Positions 1 to 12,424 of a stretch of DNA of 64,000 nt are shown one piece after another. The number at the start of each line of letters is the position of its first letter. Positions within the stretch are counted from its first letter, which is position 1. The notes under the pieces were generated by a model that saw nothing but the letters and a program-made list of their open reading frames with translations, was not told the DNA's origin and searched no databases. Source of the DNA: Lingula anatina. Its lineage: Eukaryota; Animalia; Brachiopoda. The translations under genes were made by a program, and so were the position numbers. The stretch spans positions 31,874,401-31,938,400 of the forward strand of contig CM120641.1 of NCBI GenBank assembly GCA_051362555.1, in the 5' to 3' direction.

Positions 1-739
1 TCCAAAAAGTTGGAGATATTAAAATGATTAAAACATATAGTCCTGTAAGTTACCAGACATGTATAAAGGTACTGAAGAAGAAATTTGTAAGGCGTGTTTG
101 CAATAATAAAGGTTACTTTGTACAGGATTTACCTGCCTAAATGAAATTGCCTGGAGAAAAAAGAAATGTTCTCCTATTTCTGCTCAAACCCATGTTACAC
201 TTGGATTTGATGTTTTATTCCTTTTTAATCTAATGCTTTAATTCTAAATGACTGGTCAAATACACTTTTATTAAAGTGAAATCATTGTCCCTAAGATCTG
301 AGTTGGGGAATGTAAGAAGCTTGCCATTTATAATAACTCAAAATGGCCAATTTTTACACAAGAATGGCTGCTAAGGAGACAAAACAATTTTCTCAGAAAT
401 TAAAAAAACAATCTGGAAATGTGAGGCAGCAGTACATTTATATAAAATTAGAGAAAAAAGTTATGGTTGGGATTCCAAGATATTAGTGTTAACAAATTAA
501 ACGGACAGACAAAAATCCACGGCTTAAGGTTAGGTAACCTAAAAATATAAATCATTCAAGTAAATGAATCTTAATCATTCTAGACAAAGAACTAAATGTG
601 CAATTTTAACAACAATAAAAACAAACCATACAATTGTGATAAGAAAAACTTATACAAGATTAATGTAAATAAATAGTTCAGTATTTTGTAACAGTCACAT
701 TTAATACAAAACACCGATTGGAGTGTGTAGATAACTAAC

Positions 740-2038
740 CTCATTCTTTTTATAGTCTGGCAACTTTTTCGCAATGGTTATGATGTTGAAGTATCTCATA
801 TACATTACATATCCTCTCTCCTCATCTCCATCCAGCTTAGCTTGCTCTGCATGATTGAAGATCTTCTCAGCTGACTTCACAGCTCTGAAAATATTTGAGT
901 TTTCTATCAGTTTTGATTCAAAATAACATACATAATGCTTAACAGCATAACCACTACCAAATTTTTAGTTATGTGTGTACTATAGTTGGCATGGATATTC
1001 AGAATAAGTAACTGGTATATTATATATGGCTTCAGACCTACGGGAGTTCAAAATCATACATTGAAAATATGAAAAATGAAAAAATAAAAGCAGCAAAGCT
1101 ATAAAAGTTCAGACATAAAAGCAAACAATTACGCACAAAATAGTTTATTTTGTCAATTTTTATGCATGATGCTTTGCATCTCAATAACAAATTTTAATGA
1201 GATTAAACTAATTCAAAATTCAAGGTCACATTAAGATGCCCAATACATGACTTCCTATTCAAGTTCAATGGTAACTATGGGTGTATCTCTGCTAATTTGC
1301 TAAGTTCAAATCATGGTGAAAGGAAACATTTTATATGCATTAACATGTTATGATCATACTTTAACTTAAAATTTTGTCAGTAACAGGAGACTTTTATGGG
1401 ATATAAATAATAAACTATTGTATATATATGGACTCCACAAAGCATATAATCCATGGTGTGCCAGAAATTCTATATTAGATGACTTAAAGCAGTACCAACA
1501 CTTTTATAAAAAGACTGAAAGCACTTCTTCATACCAAGCATTGGACATATTAAAGAATTATTAGACATGTATGTCTATGGTAATTACTCAATCTTTGCAA
1601 TGGAGGGAAAATTGTAAATTTTACAGGTATATATTTTTTTCAAGCAAAATTAGATCAATCCTACTGAGTGTCAGCAACAAAATTTAAAAGTGGGATACTC
1701 TACAGTTCTATTCTGTGCAGTAAAAGCACCACAAATGCTATAAAGAAATAAAATTTTATGATTATAAAATCATGTATCTAAAAGTTTGATAAGTCTTGCC
1801 CATTGAAAAGATTAAGTAATTACCATGATTGTTGCACCATGTAAAGTCAACAAAGATGCTCCAGCATTCAAAGCAATACATACAGCTTATCATAAATACT
1901 TTAAGAGCACATAAGTTATCTGTGATAAAAAACTTACATCCTCGCACTGGTAAATTTTTGTTTAACCTCTGCCAGCTTGTTTAACTCAGCCATATTCTTA
2001 GCCACATGAAGAGGCTTCTTTGAAGAATATGACGGCAT
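740..2038 (-). CDS. USP8: Ubiquitin carboxyl-terminal hydrolase 8 (UBPY), N-terminal MIT domain; 5' part, gene runs off the left edge
   Basis: Not in the ORF track. Manually spliced exons 2038-1938 and 884-740 (GT-AG, phases match) give MPSYSSKKPLHVAKNMAELNKLAEVKQKFTSARIAVKSAEKIFNHAEQAKLDGDEERGYVMYMRYFNIITIAKKLPDYKKNE. This matches the USP8 N-terminus (human ...SALKIFKTAEECRLDRDEERAYVLYMKY...KKRPDFK). An acceptor at 2092-2094 implies an upstream non-coding exon. Confidence 0.9.
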
Positions 2039-2584
2039 CTTGGTCTACTATTTGGTTACAGGTTAGGGATCACATATTGGTATCTGTTAATCTGAAATTA
2101 AAATCCAAAAATATAGGACCCTGTATCTGAGAAAGTGTACTTAACTCCACATTTTAAAAGGGAGCATAACCTGCGTGAGGTGGGAGGTGCTACTGGAGAG
2201 TCAGTGCCCAAGCTCAGTGATTTTTGAAAGTTAACTGGTGATGATCTTGACAGATGTTTGTGCTGTGGAAGTATGTTGGGATAAAGAGCTGTTTTCAAAT
2301 GTAGATTTATGTACAAGGAAATGCCTAATGGTTCTACTTGTCTAGGGTTAAGATTAAACCTTTGAAAAAAATTCAGTATTTGGAGCTTATTTTACAGGGT
2401 GATTATCACCTCATTTTTAGGCCTTATACTACACCTTGTATTACAAACTCTCAGGGCTATCAGAATCTGAGTGTCCTTGTTCTGATACACTTTTAAGCAT
2501 GTCATTCCCCAAAAAACCATTTTGTCATGGGTTTCAATACACATGAAGTTACACCTTAAATGCTATTTTAAACATAAAAATAAC

Positions 2585-2815
2585 TTGCTTTTTGGATACT
2601 GCATCCCAAATTACATTTATCTTGAACTCAATGCAATGTTTATCTGCCGATCGAGACAGGTCGGATCGAGACCTGTACAGGAGATTTATTTTTATTACTA
2701 TTATTTATTTATTTATTATTATTATTTTTTTTTGCAGCTGCCACAGATGTGACTCAGGAGCTGCAAAAAGATTAGCATTTCTTGAGTTCAAGATTAATGT
2801 AAATCCAAAAAGCAA
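2585..2815. mobile_element. Short foldback MITE-like element; partial related copy at about 6240-6350
   Basis: Left arm TTGCTTTTTGGAT...TTACATTTATCTTGAACTCAA and right arm TTGAGTTCAAGATTAATGTAAATCCAAAAAGCAA are inverted repeats. TCCCAAATTA.ATTTATCTTGAACTCA recurs near 6256. Confidence 0.6.
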
Positions 2816-2949
2816 ACTATTTTGGTGTTTAAAGTACATATGTTACAATAGGGTGTCATTTCGGGGTGTTTCAGTGTTTAATAAGAACCTTTTTCATTCG
2901 TTCACGAACCAGTTTGATAACGTTTTTCTCTTTGCAGTAGTGTTACTGA

Positions 2950-3440
2950 TAGCACTTACGCGCGCTTTTGTAATTCACTTACATAGTCACGAGCACTGTA
3001 ACGTTAAAGGCCGAAAACTGAGGCAATGGCTATTCTGTACTGTATATTTCGGTTAATTGTCTTTGGTAAAGCATTACATCTTTGTAGTTGACACTTGTAT
3101 CAAAACTTTAAATAGTGAATACCATCTTGATGTATGAAGCTACTGTACCCGTAATAGCATCCTGTAGGGTTACCTAAGCAAAATGCGGAAAGTGGGTTTA
3201 CCTTTCGTTTTCAGGAAGTTCGGTCAAAACTGTCTAAGTAGATCATGTGATGCAGTTTCTATTTAAAGTGTGGATATTAGTGTTGACTTTTATAATTTAA
3301 AATTTCAATTATAAATATGAAAAAAGATAAAAACAAACGCTTGGTATTTTATTTAACTATAGTTTACTTTGTGTGTATGGGGGGGGGGGGATAAAACGAG
3401 CGAAACTTATATACAAATATCATATAACTTTTCATTTACC
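2950..3440. promoter_or_regulatory. Probable bidirectional promoter shared by USP8 and MESD
   Basis: The genes are head-to-head and CpG is locally enriched. Candidate minus-strand donors for a USP8 non-coding first exon lie at about 2954-2959 (CGTAAGT) and about 3197-3201. The MESD ATG is at 3441. TSS positions are inferred. Confidence 0.55.
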
Positions 3441-6400
3441 ATGAAGTCGTTGAGGAAAAGGCATGCCCAAATAATCATTGTTTTGATTTATTGGTATTGC
3501 TGCTTATGCTTAGCCAACAACGAATCTGGGGAAAGTAAAAAAGGCACAAAAGACGAAAAATGGAAAAAGAAAGACATAAGAGACTACACGGAGGCGGACT
3601 TGGAAAGGCTTTACGACCAGTGGGAGGTAATACTGTAACTAATCCACGACACGTTAGCCATCAAATAATCATTTTTTTTTCGGTGAAGAATCCAGTGAAG
3701 GGCATTTTGTTATTTAAAATAATCTTTAGGAGGCAGTTCGTTGGTATTGCGTGTATTTTGTGGTATTTCGTGACATTTCGGTACTTAGTGACGCCCTTAA
3801 AGACACCCGTAAAGATTACCATAAATATTTACTAAGTTGACTTTTACTGTGCATGGTCTGCACATGGGACTTTTAATTTCGGGTACAGATAGCCACATAT
3901 CTGAGTTTGAATTTTCAAGTAAGACAGTTTTCTAACAATTTGTTTCTCAAACTCATCCAACCATAAAACGACCAAAAATAGATAATCTTTCATTAGAAAC
4001 AAATATAGTAACTAAATAAATAATAAATTAAAAGATTAATAGCAAAATAAAATAAAAAATAACATATATGTTCTCATACTTGGCATTATATTGCCTTGCC
4101 ACCTTCTGCCAACATTTTAAAAGCTTGTCCTCAGGGCTCAACATAAATTTTTTAACCAGGTTGCCCCAGGGCAACCTGCCAGATATTTTTACTTGCCCTT
4201 CCTCTGCCTCAACTTGCCCATTATTAGTGAAAAATTTTAAACCACTCGATATGCAGTTTTTTTCATTTGAAGCATTAAATTTTTTTGATTTATAAAAAAT
4301 TAATTGTGTCAATTTTGTCATCTTTGAGTTATTTTCTCCATGAGCAGGTTGATTGATGGAATGTCACATTTTGTAATGCACATCACTAAAATTTCAAATT
4401 TGTCACAGATTCTAAACAAAAGAAAGAAGGCACACCTCCACTATGATGTAGCATAAAATTAGGATATCTATAAGAATACAAGTGCATAAATGTTGCAATG
4501 CCCACACTCCTCAGGATGGTGACTGATAGACATAACATTGTTACTTATAAAATATATGCTCTTACAAGAACCAACTCTTTTACATTTACTCATCAAGTAT
4601 AGATAGGTCGGTCACTATCTCCAACTTCTTTTTTTTTTTATATTTATAAAAATAAAACATTTCTTTATTTCTGCAGAACAGCTGATAAAATCAATAGAAA
4701 AGAAACAGTACTTTGAAACTTCAAAAATTAATCTTAATATAATTCACTTTAATATATTATAGGATTGCCTTGACAACACCAAATAACACAAATGATAATT
4801 TGATAGTAAAATCTAAAATGCCACTGATTACTTCATAGCACTTTTCTGCACTCAATCAAGGTGCACTTTGGTGCATTTTAGGCTATTTTTCAACATTTTA
4901 TGTGGCACAGTGACATAATTGTCTTGTTTCATATGTCTTGAGGAGTAAATGAAGTTAAGCTAAGCATGATAAAAAAATTCATTAATAAAGAATTGCATAC
5001 TTAGCGCCTACAATTGCTAGAATGAGGATCCCCCTTCTCCATGGCTACTTAGAATTGAAATTTTTGAAGCCAAGTATTGAATTGGTGGCATTTTAACTAA
5101 GAAATCTGTGGTATCAACATAGTTCATTTACCTTTTTTTCAGTGAATAAACAGTAAAGCCAATGATTTAAAATGTGGAGGAGATCAAAACATACTCCTAG
5201 ACAGACTTCCACATTCATTACAGTGTCAAAAAAACTAGGTCAACAAAGCGCTCTGATATGCTTGTGACAGACCACGATCGGTGCCACACTGTCTGGATAC
5301 TGACAAGTGCTCACTGGCTCCCTCAAACAAGTATTTGTGTAGTACACTGCTTTTATTAGGTTGGTTCAAAAAGTTAACATATTTATCCAACTTCATCAAT
5401 TAAAATGTCCATACTTTAAGGAAGCTTACTCTTCCTCCTGTTTCTCTCTGAAATTGTTGCTTAATATATAAATTATAAGCATTTCAAGTCCGGGAAATCT
5501 CTATCAGTTACAGAAGCATGCAGTTCAGCTGTCTGCTAACCGGTCAAAACCACCGCAAGCTGGTCCCTGCAAACTCTCACTTAGCAACAGTGCGACTGCT
5601 TATTTTCCACTTCTTTCGTGGTTAAAGCTTGGAAATTATATGCTTCTAAATATTTCCCAACCAATACAAAAAGTGCCAAATAAATGTGAGAGAGTGCCTT
5701 CTTAACTTTAATCACGTGGCTACATTTTTCCAAGAACAACTTGCCTCGTTTTAGTTTGACTAAATACTTCAAAGTATAGAATATGACAGCACTCTGAAAA
5801 CGAGGCACTGCCGACGGAGATAGTGACTGCCAGTTATTTTTAGAAATCTGGCATTGACGTATGTTACAGTTTGTGACGTTATTGTGCAAAAAGGGAAAAA
5901 CGTGTAATGCTTCAATCTTTTAACATCAGATCTAACATTGTACTAACAAAAGGAAAAACATTCACTTGCCCGCCGGGCAACTGGACATAAAATTTACTTG
6001 TCCGATGGCAGATTTTAGTTGCCCCGGGCAAGCGGACAACCGTTTGTGTTGAGCCCTGGTCCTTTAAATTTTTCACTTTTGACCTTTTTGACAAAAAACA
6101 AACAGCATCTACAATCCTGTGCAGTCCCCAGTACATGTATAAAGGTACCTAGTGTAACAGTCTCACTAAACACAGAAATGACACAAAATGATGCAAATGA
6201 CATAGAATGACACCATAGTGGTGCTTTAAACATCGAAGTAACTTGCTCATTGGACTCCCAAATTAAATTTATCTTGAACTCAGTACAGTGTTTATCTTCT
6301 GATTGAGATATCTGTACAGGAAAAATGTCTTTGCAGCTCCTGAGTTATGACAGAATTGGATATCCATGCATTTGGCCTCCAATCTCAATTGCAAAAATAT

Positions 6401-8482
6401 TTAACTCCTTTCCTTGTACATTTACCATTGATTGATTTTGATCACTGAATGCATGTTTAAACAAGATTAAAAATTTTCTCCTAATATTCTAGGAGGACGA
6501 TGAGCCTCTAGAAGAGGATGAGCTGCCAGAGTACAAGCGCCCACCTCCACAAGTGGACATGGGCAAGCTGGATGCAGATGACCCAGATGGATTGCTGAGA
6601 ATGACTAAGAAGGGGAGAACACTCATGATGTTTGCAACAGTCTCAGGTACATTGGCCTACATTTTGGATTGAGTTTGGAATGTCTGTTCCTGTCAAACCT
6701 TGGTATTATTTTTCAAACAATAGGCCTTCAAGAGATAATGGAAGTTGTTATGTGAAAAGCCAATATGATGAAAGGTGCATGATGGTGATGACTTTTTTTC
6801 TGTTTTTCTGTCTTGCAGGCAACCCCACAGAGAAAGAAACAGAGCAGATAACTGGGCTGTGGCAGTCCAGTCTGTTCAATGCTCATTTAGAAACTCAGAG
6901 GTAACATCATCTCTCATCTGCCAGCTCTGCTGTATGTAGGTAGATACAGGGCACCATTACCGCATCCCCTCATAAACTACCAAGACCTGTGTCCTCATCT
7001 TATAGAATCAGGTCACATATATTATCTCAAATTGACCCCCTTAGATTTATAAACAACAGGGCATCAGTAAGTTTCCCTAGGACTTTAAGCTTGCAACATT
7101 TTATACCTGTGTCTGTTTGAGATAATATGTAAGGCAAGATCATTCTGGTTGCAGGTATGTAGTAGGAAGTAACAGGGTGCTGTTTATGTTAAAGGATGGT
7201 GCTATGTCCATTGATGTGAAGAATTTTCTGGTCTCCCAGGACAGGTGTGAGGAGGTCACCATAGAGGGCAAGAACTACCCAGGGAAAGGTGCCACTCAGG
7301 TGGGTAAAACAATACGAGCCATTTCCAGAAGGTCCCATTGAAATTGAAGTAGAAAAGTGAAATCAAACTTGCAATGATAATGGTCTTTCTTAATGTTACT
7401 GGCTATAAATTCCTCTTTGTATTGCAAGTTATACACAGGATAACCAAATGAATGTTGCTGAGAAATCAATTGACGAAGATGGCTGCCCAGCAGTATGTTG
7501 GATGAAACTCTGGGCACAGTAATGTTCATCACACATACAGGACTGCTTGTAAAATATATCTAGGTTTAATTTAATGAGAGATAACCATGCTGATGTAATC
7601 AGTCTTACCAGTTACATTGTGGAACATCAACTGAAAGTATTCTGTACAGGCAGTTTTGTGTAACAGCAAGATGTTTACACATTTCACTAGGGAGACTAGA
7701 AAGCACTTGAGAGAATACAGACCTCTGTTAAGGCAACTCAGTTCTCATTATTATTATTTAATTAATCAAATTATAGATATAGTTATGTTTGAGGTAATAC
7801 ACTGACATCTGAGTGATGTATGCCAGGACACCTCTAATATTAGCAATAGGTGTTCAAGGTATGTATTGCAAGAGGATAGCAGTGTACTAGTTGACAGAGA
7901 AAGTGATTCCATTTCGCCAAAAAATGCCCCTAAAACCAAATGAGTGTATATCCCTAACAGTCACATATAACATCTTTAGATATGTATTTGATTTAACAGC
8001 ATGGTTACGATATATAGGCCTCTATATCGATGCCTGCAATATTTTAGTGTAAAGTAGGCCTACAGCTCACTTAGTTTACACTGATATTTCAAGTCAGAAA
8101 TCCACAATTTCAACTCTAATTACACATTTTAAGTAATATGATTAACAAGAAGGGGGCGGAAATACAGATTATTTATTCATTTGATGTGATGAATGAGGGG
8201 AGAGTGTAGCTCTTGTTGATTTTAAGTGAAAGACTTCCTATAATCACTCATTTGAATGACTGCGGGTTAAGATTTTATATAGAGTATGTCTGTGACATGA
8301 TTTCGATATTTTTTTTATTTTTGTAGGACAGTGTGGGAGGAAACACTGTGAAAGATGACCAGAAGAAAACAGATGATGTAAACAAGATGAAGAAAATCAA
8401 AAATAAGGGCAAAAATGACATGAAGGATAAGAAGAAAAACAAAAGTAAAGACAAAGACACCAAAGGGAAAGATGAATTATGA
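3441..8482 (+). CDS. MESD: LRP chaperone MESD (boca orthologue), about 240 aa
   Basis: Exons 3441-3626, 6493-6646, 6819-6900, 7155-7299 and 8327-8482 (723 nt, all GT-AG, in frame). It has a signal peptide, KKKDIRDYTEADLERLYDQWEEDDEPLEEDELPE, KKGRTLMMFATVSGNPT, LWQSSLFN, FMLKDG and EVTIEGKNYPGKG, and a Lys-rich tail ending KDEL-stop. AATAAA at 8961. Confidence 0.96.
4132..6058. mobile_element. About 1.9-kb non-autonomous hAT-like DNA transposon in MESD intron 1
   Basis: TIRs CAGGGCTCAACA (4132) and TGTTGAGCCCTG (ending 6058). Subterminal GTTGCCC.GGGCAAC and ACTTGCCC motifs at both ends. Flanking direct repeat GTCCT (4127-4131, 6059-6063). No transposase ORF recognised. Confidence 0.8.
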
Positions 8483-9875
8483 TGAATTCTGGCAGTATAC
8501 TTGTTGACAAGTAAAATGAGCAAAATTTCTGGGTAGTGTTTCTAGCAATATTGTTATTTGTTGGGTATATTAAAGTATATTAAAGAATGGAACTTTTTTA
8601 TATTTGTAAATTGTTATGGTAATTCTGTAAAATGAAAAAGTATGGCAGAATGAAAAGGGATCTCGATATGAAAGCTGTTCAAATTGGCACTGATATTATC
8701 TTTGGTAAGACACAGTGACCTTTTCAGGATAAACTTTTTTATATTGAAATACATATACTGGCAAAAGCCAGTTAGATTATTCTATAGTGTACAGAAGGAT
8801 GCATTTGTACAAAGTCAAGTGAAAGAGGCAGTTGAGGAATGGTTTAAGTTTGTATTGTTTAATTTAGAAACCCAAATGAAGAATGTCAAATCTGTAAATA
8901 TTATTTACGTAAGTCTTTTTAATACAGAGACAATTATAGTCTTTTCTATGAGTTTTTGTTAATAAAAGAAAATATTTTGACCTTACTGCATATTTTTGAT
9001 GACCTATCAAAATGCTACATAAGATGATCAATAATAATAATAATAATTTATTAAGCCAATAAAATACAAATGTATAAAATCGGGAATCTTTTGCCCTGTA
9101 GTAGCGCCATTGAAATATAAAAAATGAAAATTAAAATTACATGTTAGAGTTAAAAATAGTTACTGCCGAAGGATAAAAGCTATTTAAAAATCACTTACTA
9201 CCCTTAAAAGCTAAGAGTCTCGAATTGCTAGGTAAAAATTTAAAAAGGGTATGGGCTGGATGGGAACTGTCTGTCATTATTGATAATGTTTTCTTTTTAG
9301 GCCATTAATGCAGGCCATTAAAAAAATAATGGCAAATAATTCCTAAAATGTTGAACTTTTAAAACTTCTCCTGCATTGCATAACTGAAAAAAAAAATCAA
9401 TGTATCTGTAACTGTAAAAAAAGGGAAAAACAATTTTTGAAAATAAAGCTGAAAATGTCAGGAGTGTAGACTCATGACTAACACTGTTGAACACAATTTG
9501 ACGTACAAATTATTTCAATCTCATATTTGTATATCATATTATTTATAAGCCATCCATGGCATTTGTTCAATTTCTTGCTTGTAGCTAAGAGGTATGTATT
9601 GAGCCTAAATTGCATTTGCCACTGGCGCCATACAATGAAATTATTTTCCTACTGTGTTATGTTAGAACTGTGGCCCAATACATGCATTCCTTTGTTCCAA
9701 CAGCATGGTATCTACATCATTGCAAACCCAACAATTAATTTATAAAATAAAATAACTAACCTTTTGTTTGCATTTGGTTGGGGTATGTTTAATTTGCTGA
9801 ACTCTTACCTACCAACTGGAAATGGCTGTCAATTCTTTAATAAACTTTAATACCTGGTTTAAAGGAAGAGACTAT

Positions 9876-10152
9876 CAGGCCTACCCAACTACCAGACTCG
9901 GCACATAAGGATCCTGAATTAACCGGTATATCAGACAACACTACCCGTTTTCAAGGTGTGTGTCGGATCGCATTTTGGAGTATCAGTCAGAACACCGACA
10001 GGATGAGCCCGCAGTCGTCCTACAAAATTTGTTCTGGGGTATGATACTCCGAAATGTTATCAGACGCATACCTTGAAAACGGGTAGTGTGGTCCGATGTG
10101 GTCCGTTAATTCAGGATCCTTATGTGCCGAGTCTGGTAGTTGGGTAGGCCTG
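9876..10152. mobile_element. 277-bp foldback MITE with long TIRs
   Basis: CAGGCCTACCCAACTACCAGACTCGGCACATAAGGATCCTGAATTAAC at the left is the exact reverse complement of the right end, and imperfect pairing continues for about 120 bp. Flanking direct repeat ACTAT (9871-9875, 10153-10157). Confidence 0.9.
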
Positions 10153-10659
10153 ACTATGGGCAGTTCCTCAACATTTTTAAGAGCCAAAATGATCACTGGC
10201 CCAGGCAGCCCCCTGGACCCCATTCCATACTTCCCGACTTTTTCACTGGGGGCAGTCTCATCCCTGAATTTGCATTGACCCATTAATGGTTGACCACTTG
10301 TGCCTTTCTGTCATTTAATCAAGTGACATGATCATTATAGGCTTCATTTGTTTATTGACAAACTTTACAACATAGCTTGCCCATCCACTTGAGTAATTTA
10401 ACCTCCATCTATTGCCTATCAGCTCCTGGCCTGTCAGTAGATTTTCCACTATGTTGATTGGCCAATTTTTCATATGCTCAATGTACTTAATGTCTTGCTT
10501 GGTCAATTTGCATCCCTTTCTCTCTCTCTCTCCCCCCCCCCCCCCCCCCCTCCCAACACACACACTTATCCATACCCGATATGATTGAAACTTGGCAATT
10601 TGGAAGTTGTGACCTGATATAATTTCACATGATTAATTTGATGACACTTCATCCAAAAT

Positions 10660-11290
10660 TTTGAAAATACAATTTTTTATGTACAGACACAGTCTACAGA
10701 AAGAAGTGTCAAAAATGGAAAAACTCATATCATTGCAGTTTATCAGATTCAATCATTCACTATGTTCAGCATCTCAGAATGGAGCAAATTGGACATTAAG
10801 AATTGTTCTCTTGATATTTTTCCTATATCAGCAATTTTGTCAGTTGATCATATAAAAATTATAGTAAATTGATAATTTTGTTGTATGTTAAAAAGGTGTT
10901 GAAAATGGAAATTCATTTCAGTACAGTTATCTCTTGTTTACATTTTGGCATTTTGACTTTGAACTTCCATGGGCTTGAAGACCTTTGCTAGGCACATTTT
11001 CTGAATATCTCTTACTCTTACTCTTCTTAACTCACAGGAAAGAAACCTTGAACTAAAATACAGCTTCAGTTGGAAAAGTAGTCCGATTGGTTACTTTTTC
11101 TTGAAGTTATACAGTTTTTTGTGAAAGTTTAATTTTTCACAAATTGGCATTTGAACTTCCATGAGCTTAAAGACCTTTGCAAGTAACATTTTCTGAATAT
11201 CCAAGTTACTTTCATTTTATTATTAAAAATTGATGGTCATTATGCTGTTAAGCTTTATGTAATATTGCATCAAAATTGAAGAAAAAAACC
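10660..11290. repeat. Dispersed repeat family; inverted copy at about 47650-48030
   Basis: CTCATATCATTGCAGT.T.TCAGATTCAATCATTCACTATGTTCAG.ATCTCAGAATGGAGCAAAT is found reverse-complemented at 47941-48015. The end motif TATTGCATCA.AATTGA recurs near 1150, 17125, 42800 and 46645. Confidence 0.75.
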
Positions 11291-12299
11291 TATTTTGGCA
11301 CTGCCTCCATAGTGACCATTAAAGAAAAACCATGTCACTTACTCTTCTCTACTCTTCTCAAACTTGCAGGAAAGTAACGGGACTAAAACCTGTCTTATTG
11401 GTTAACTTTTCTGGAAGTCGGCTTCCCATTCCAAGGCCTGTTGTTCTGGACACACCCCCAACTCCCCCCCCTCCTGACCATTAAAGAAAACCAAGCAACC
11501 TACTCTTCTTAAACTTACAGGAAAGAAACATGGGACTGGGTGGGGTCGTGATTGTAGATTGGTATGAAATTGACGTTGCCGAGGGGGATCGACCAGACAA
11601 CTTCAGAGATGTCCTATTCAGAGCAGCTTATATATACACATTTCTTTTGCAATGACAAGAGATGTGGGATGGGAGTGGAGGAAAAAAATATGATGGCCTT
11701 AAAATGTACCTTTAGAGTTCTCAGTTGTTTGTATGATACAGATATAAAATGGATGACATCAGAGTTGATTCTTTAATTAATATTCTCGGTGCAAAGAATG
11801 ACTTTTTGTTTGATACAATGGGATAAAGCAGATGACTTCTGACTCTTTAGTGTTCTCAGCACAAATAAAGACGTTGTTTGTTTGATACTTTGTGTTCTGT
11901 GGTTTCGATTTCCTGCATCTGTTGTCACCCTTTGTAATGCACCTACATAATTACAGGTAAGGCCATAAAATGAGTCGAGTGCACAAGCAAGTGACTCCAA
12001 TCAAATTAATTAACAAGTCTGGAGATAATATTTGTGAACTGAACACCTTGCTGCAGTCCTGGTGCACTTTCAGAGGTAACACATTAAGCCAAAAAACGCT
12101 TTACCTATTGTCTTTAAACTTACAAAATTGATTAATATTCATAAAATGCAGGTCAAGTTAAAAATGTCAGCTAAGTCCAACCATTTTTCTAAAGGTTATA
12201 CTGTTTTTTTCTCTCTCTCTCTCTCTTTTCAGCATATATGCAATAAAGACAGTGCATTAATTGATAAAATAATTGTTCTTTTGTGTTCAAACTTGCAGG

Positions 12300-12420
12300 A
12301 GTAATCAATATTACTTATATATATATATTTAAGTATATATTAAGTAATCAATATTACTTATAATCAATATTACTTAGTAATCAATATTACTTATATATAT
12401 ATATATAAGTATATATTAAC
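12300..12420. repeat. AT-rich tandem repeat (GTAATCAATATTACTTA units with TA runs)
   Basis: Four copies of TAATCAATATTACTTA are visible directly upstream of the Penelope fragment. Confidence 0.8.
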
Positions 12421-12424
12421 ACTC

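Noticed and set aside
2592-3056. 154-aa plus-strand ORF
   Set aside because: It crosses a MITE and low-complexity ATT repeats inside the USP8 5' region; no recognisable protein.
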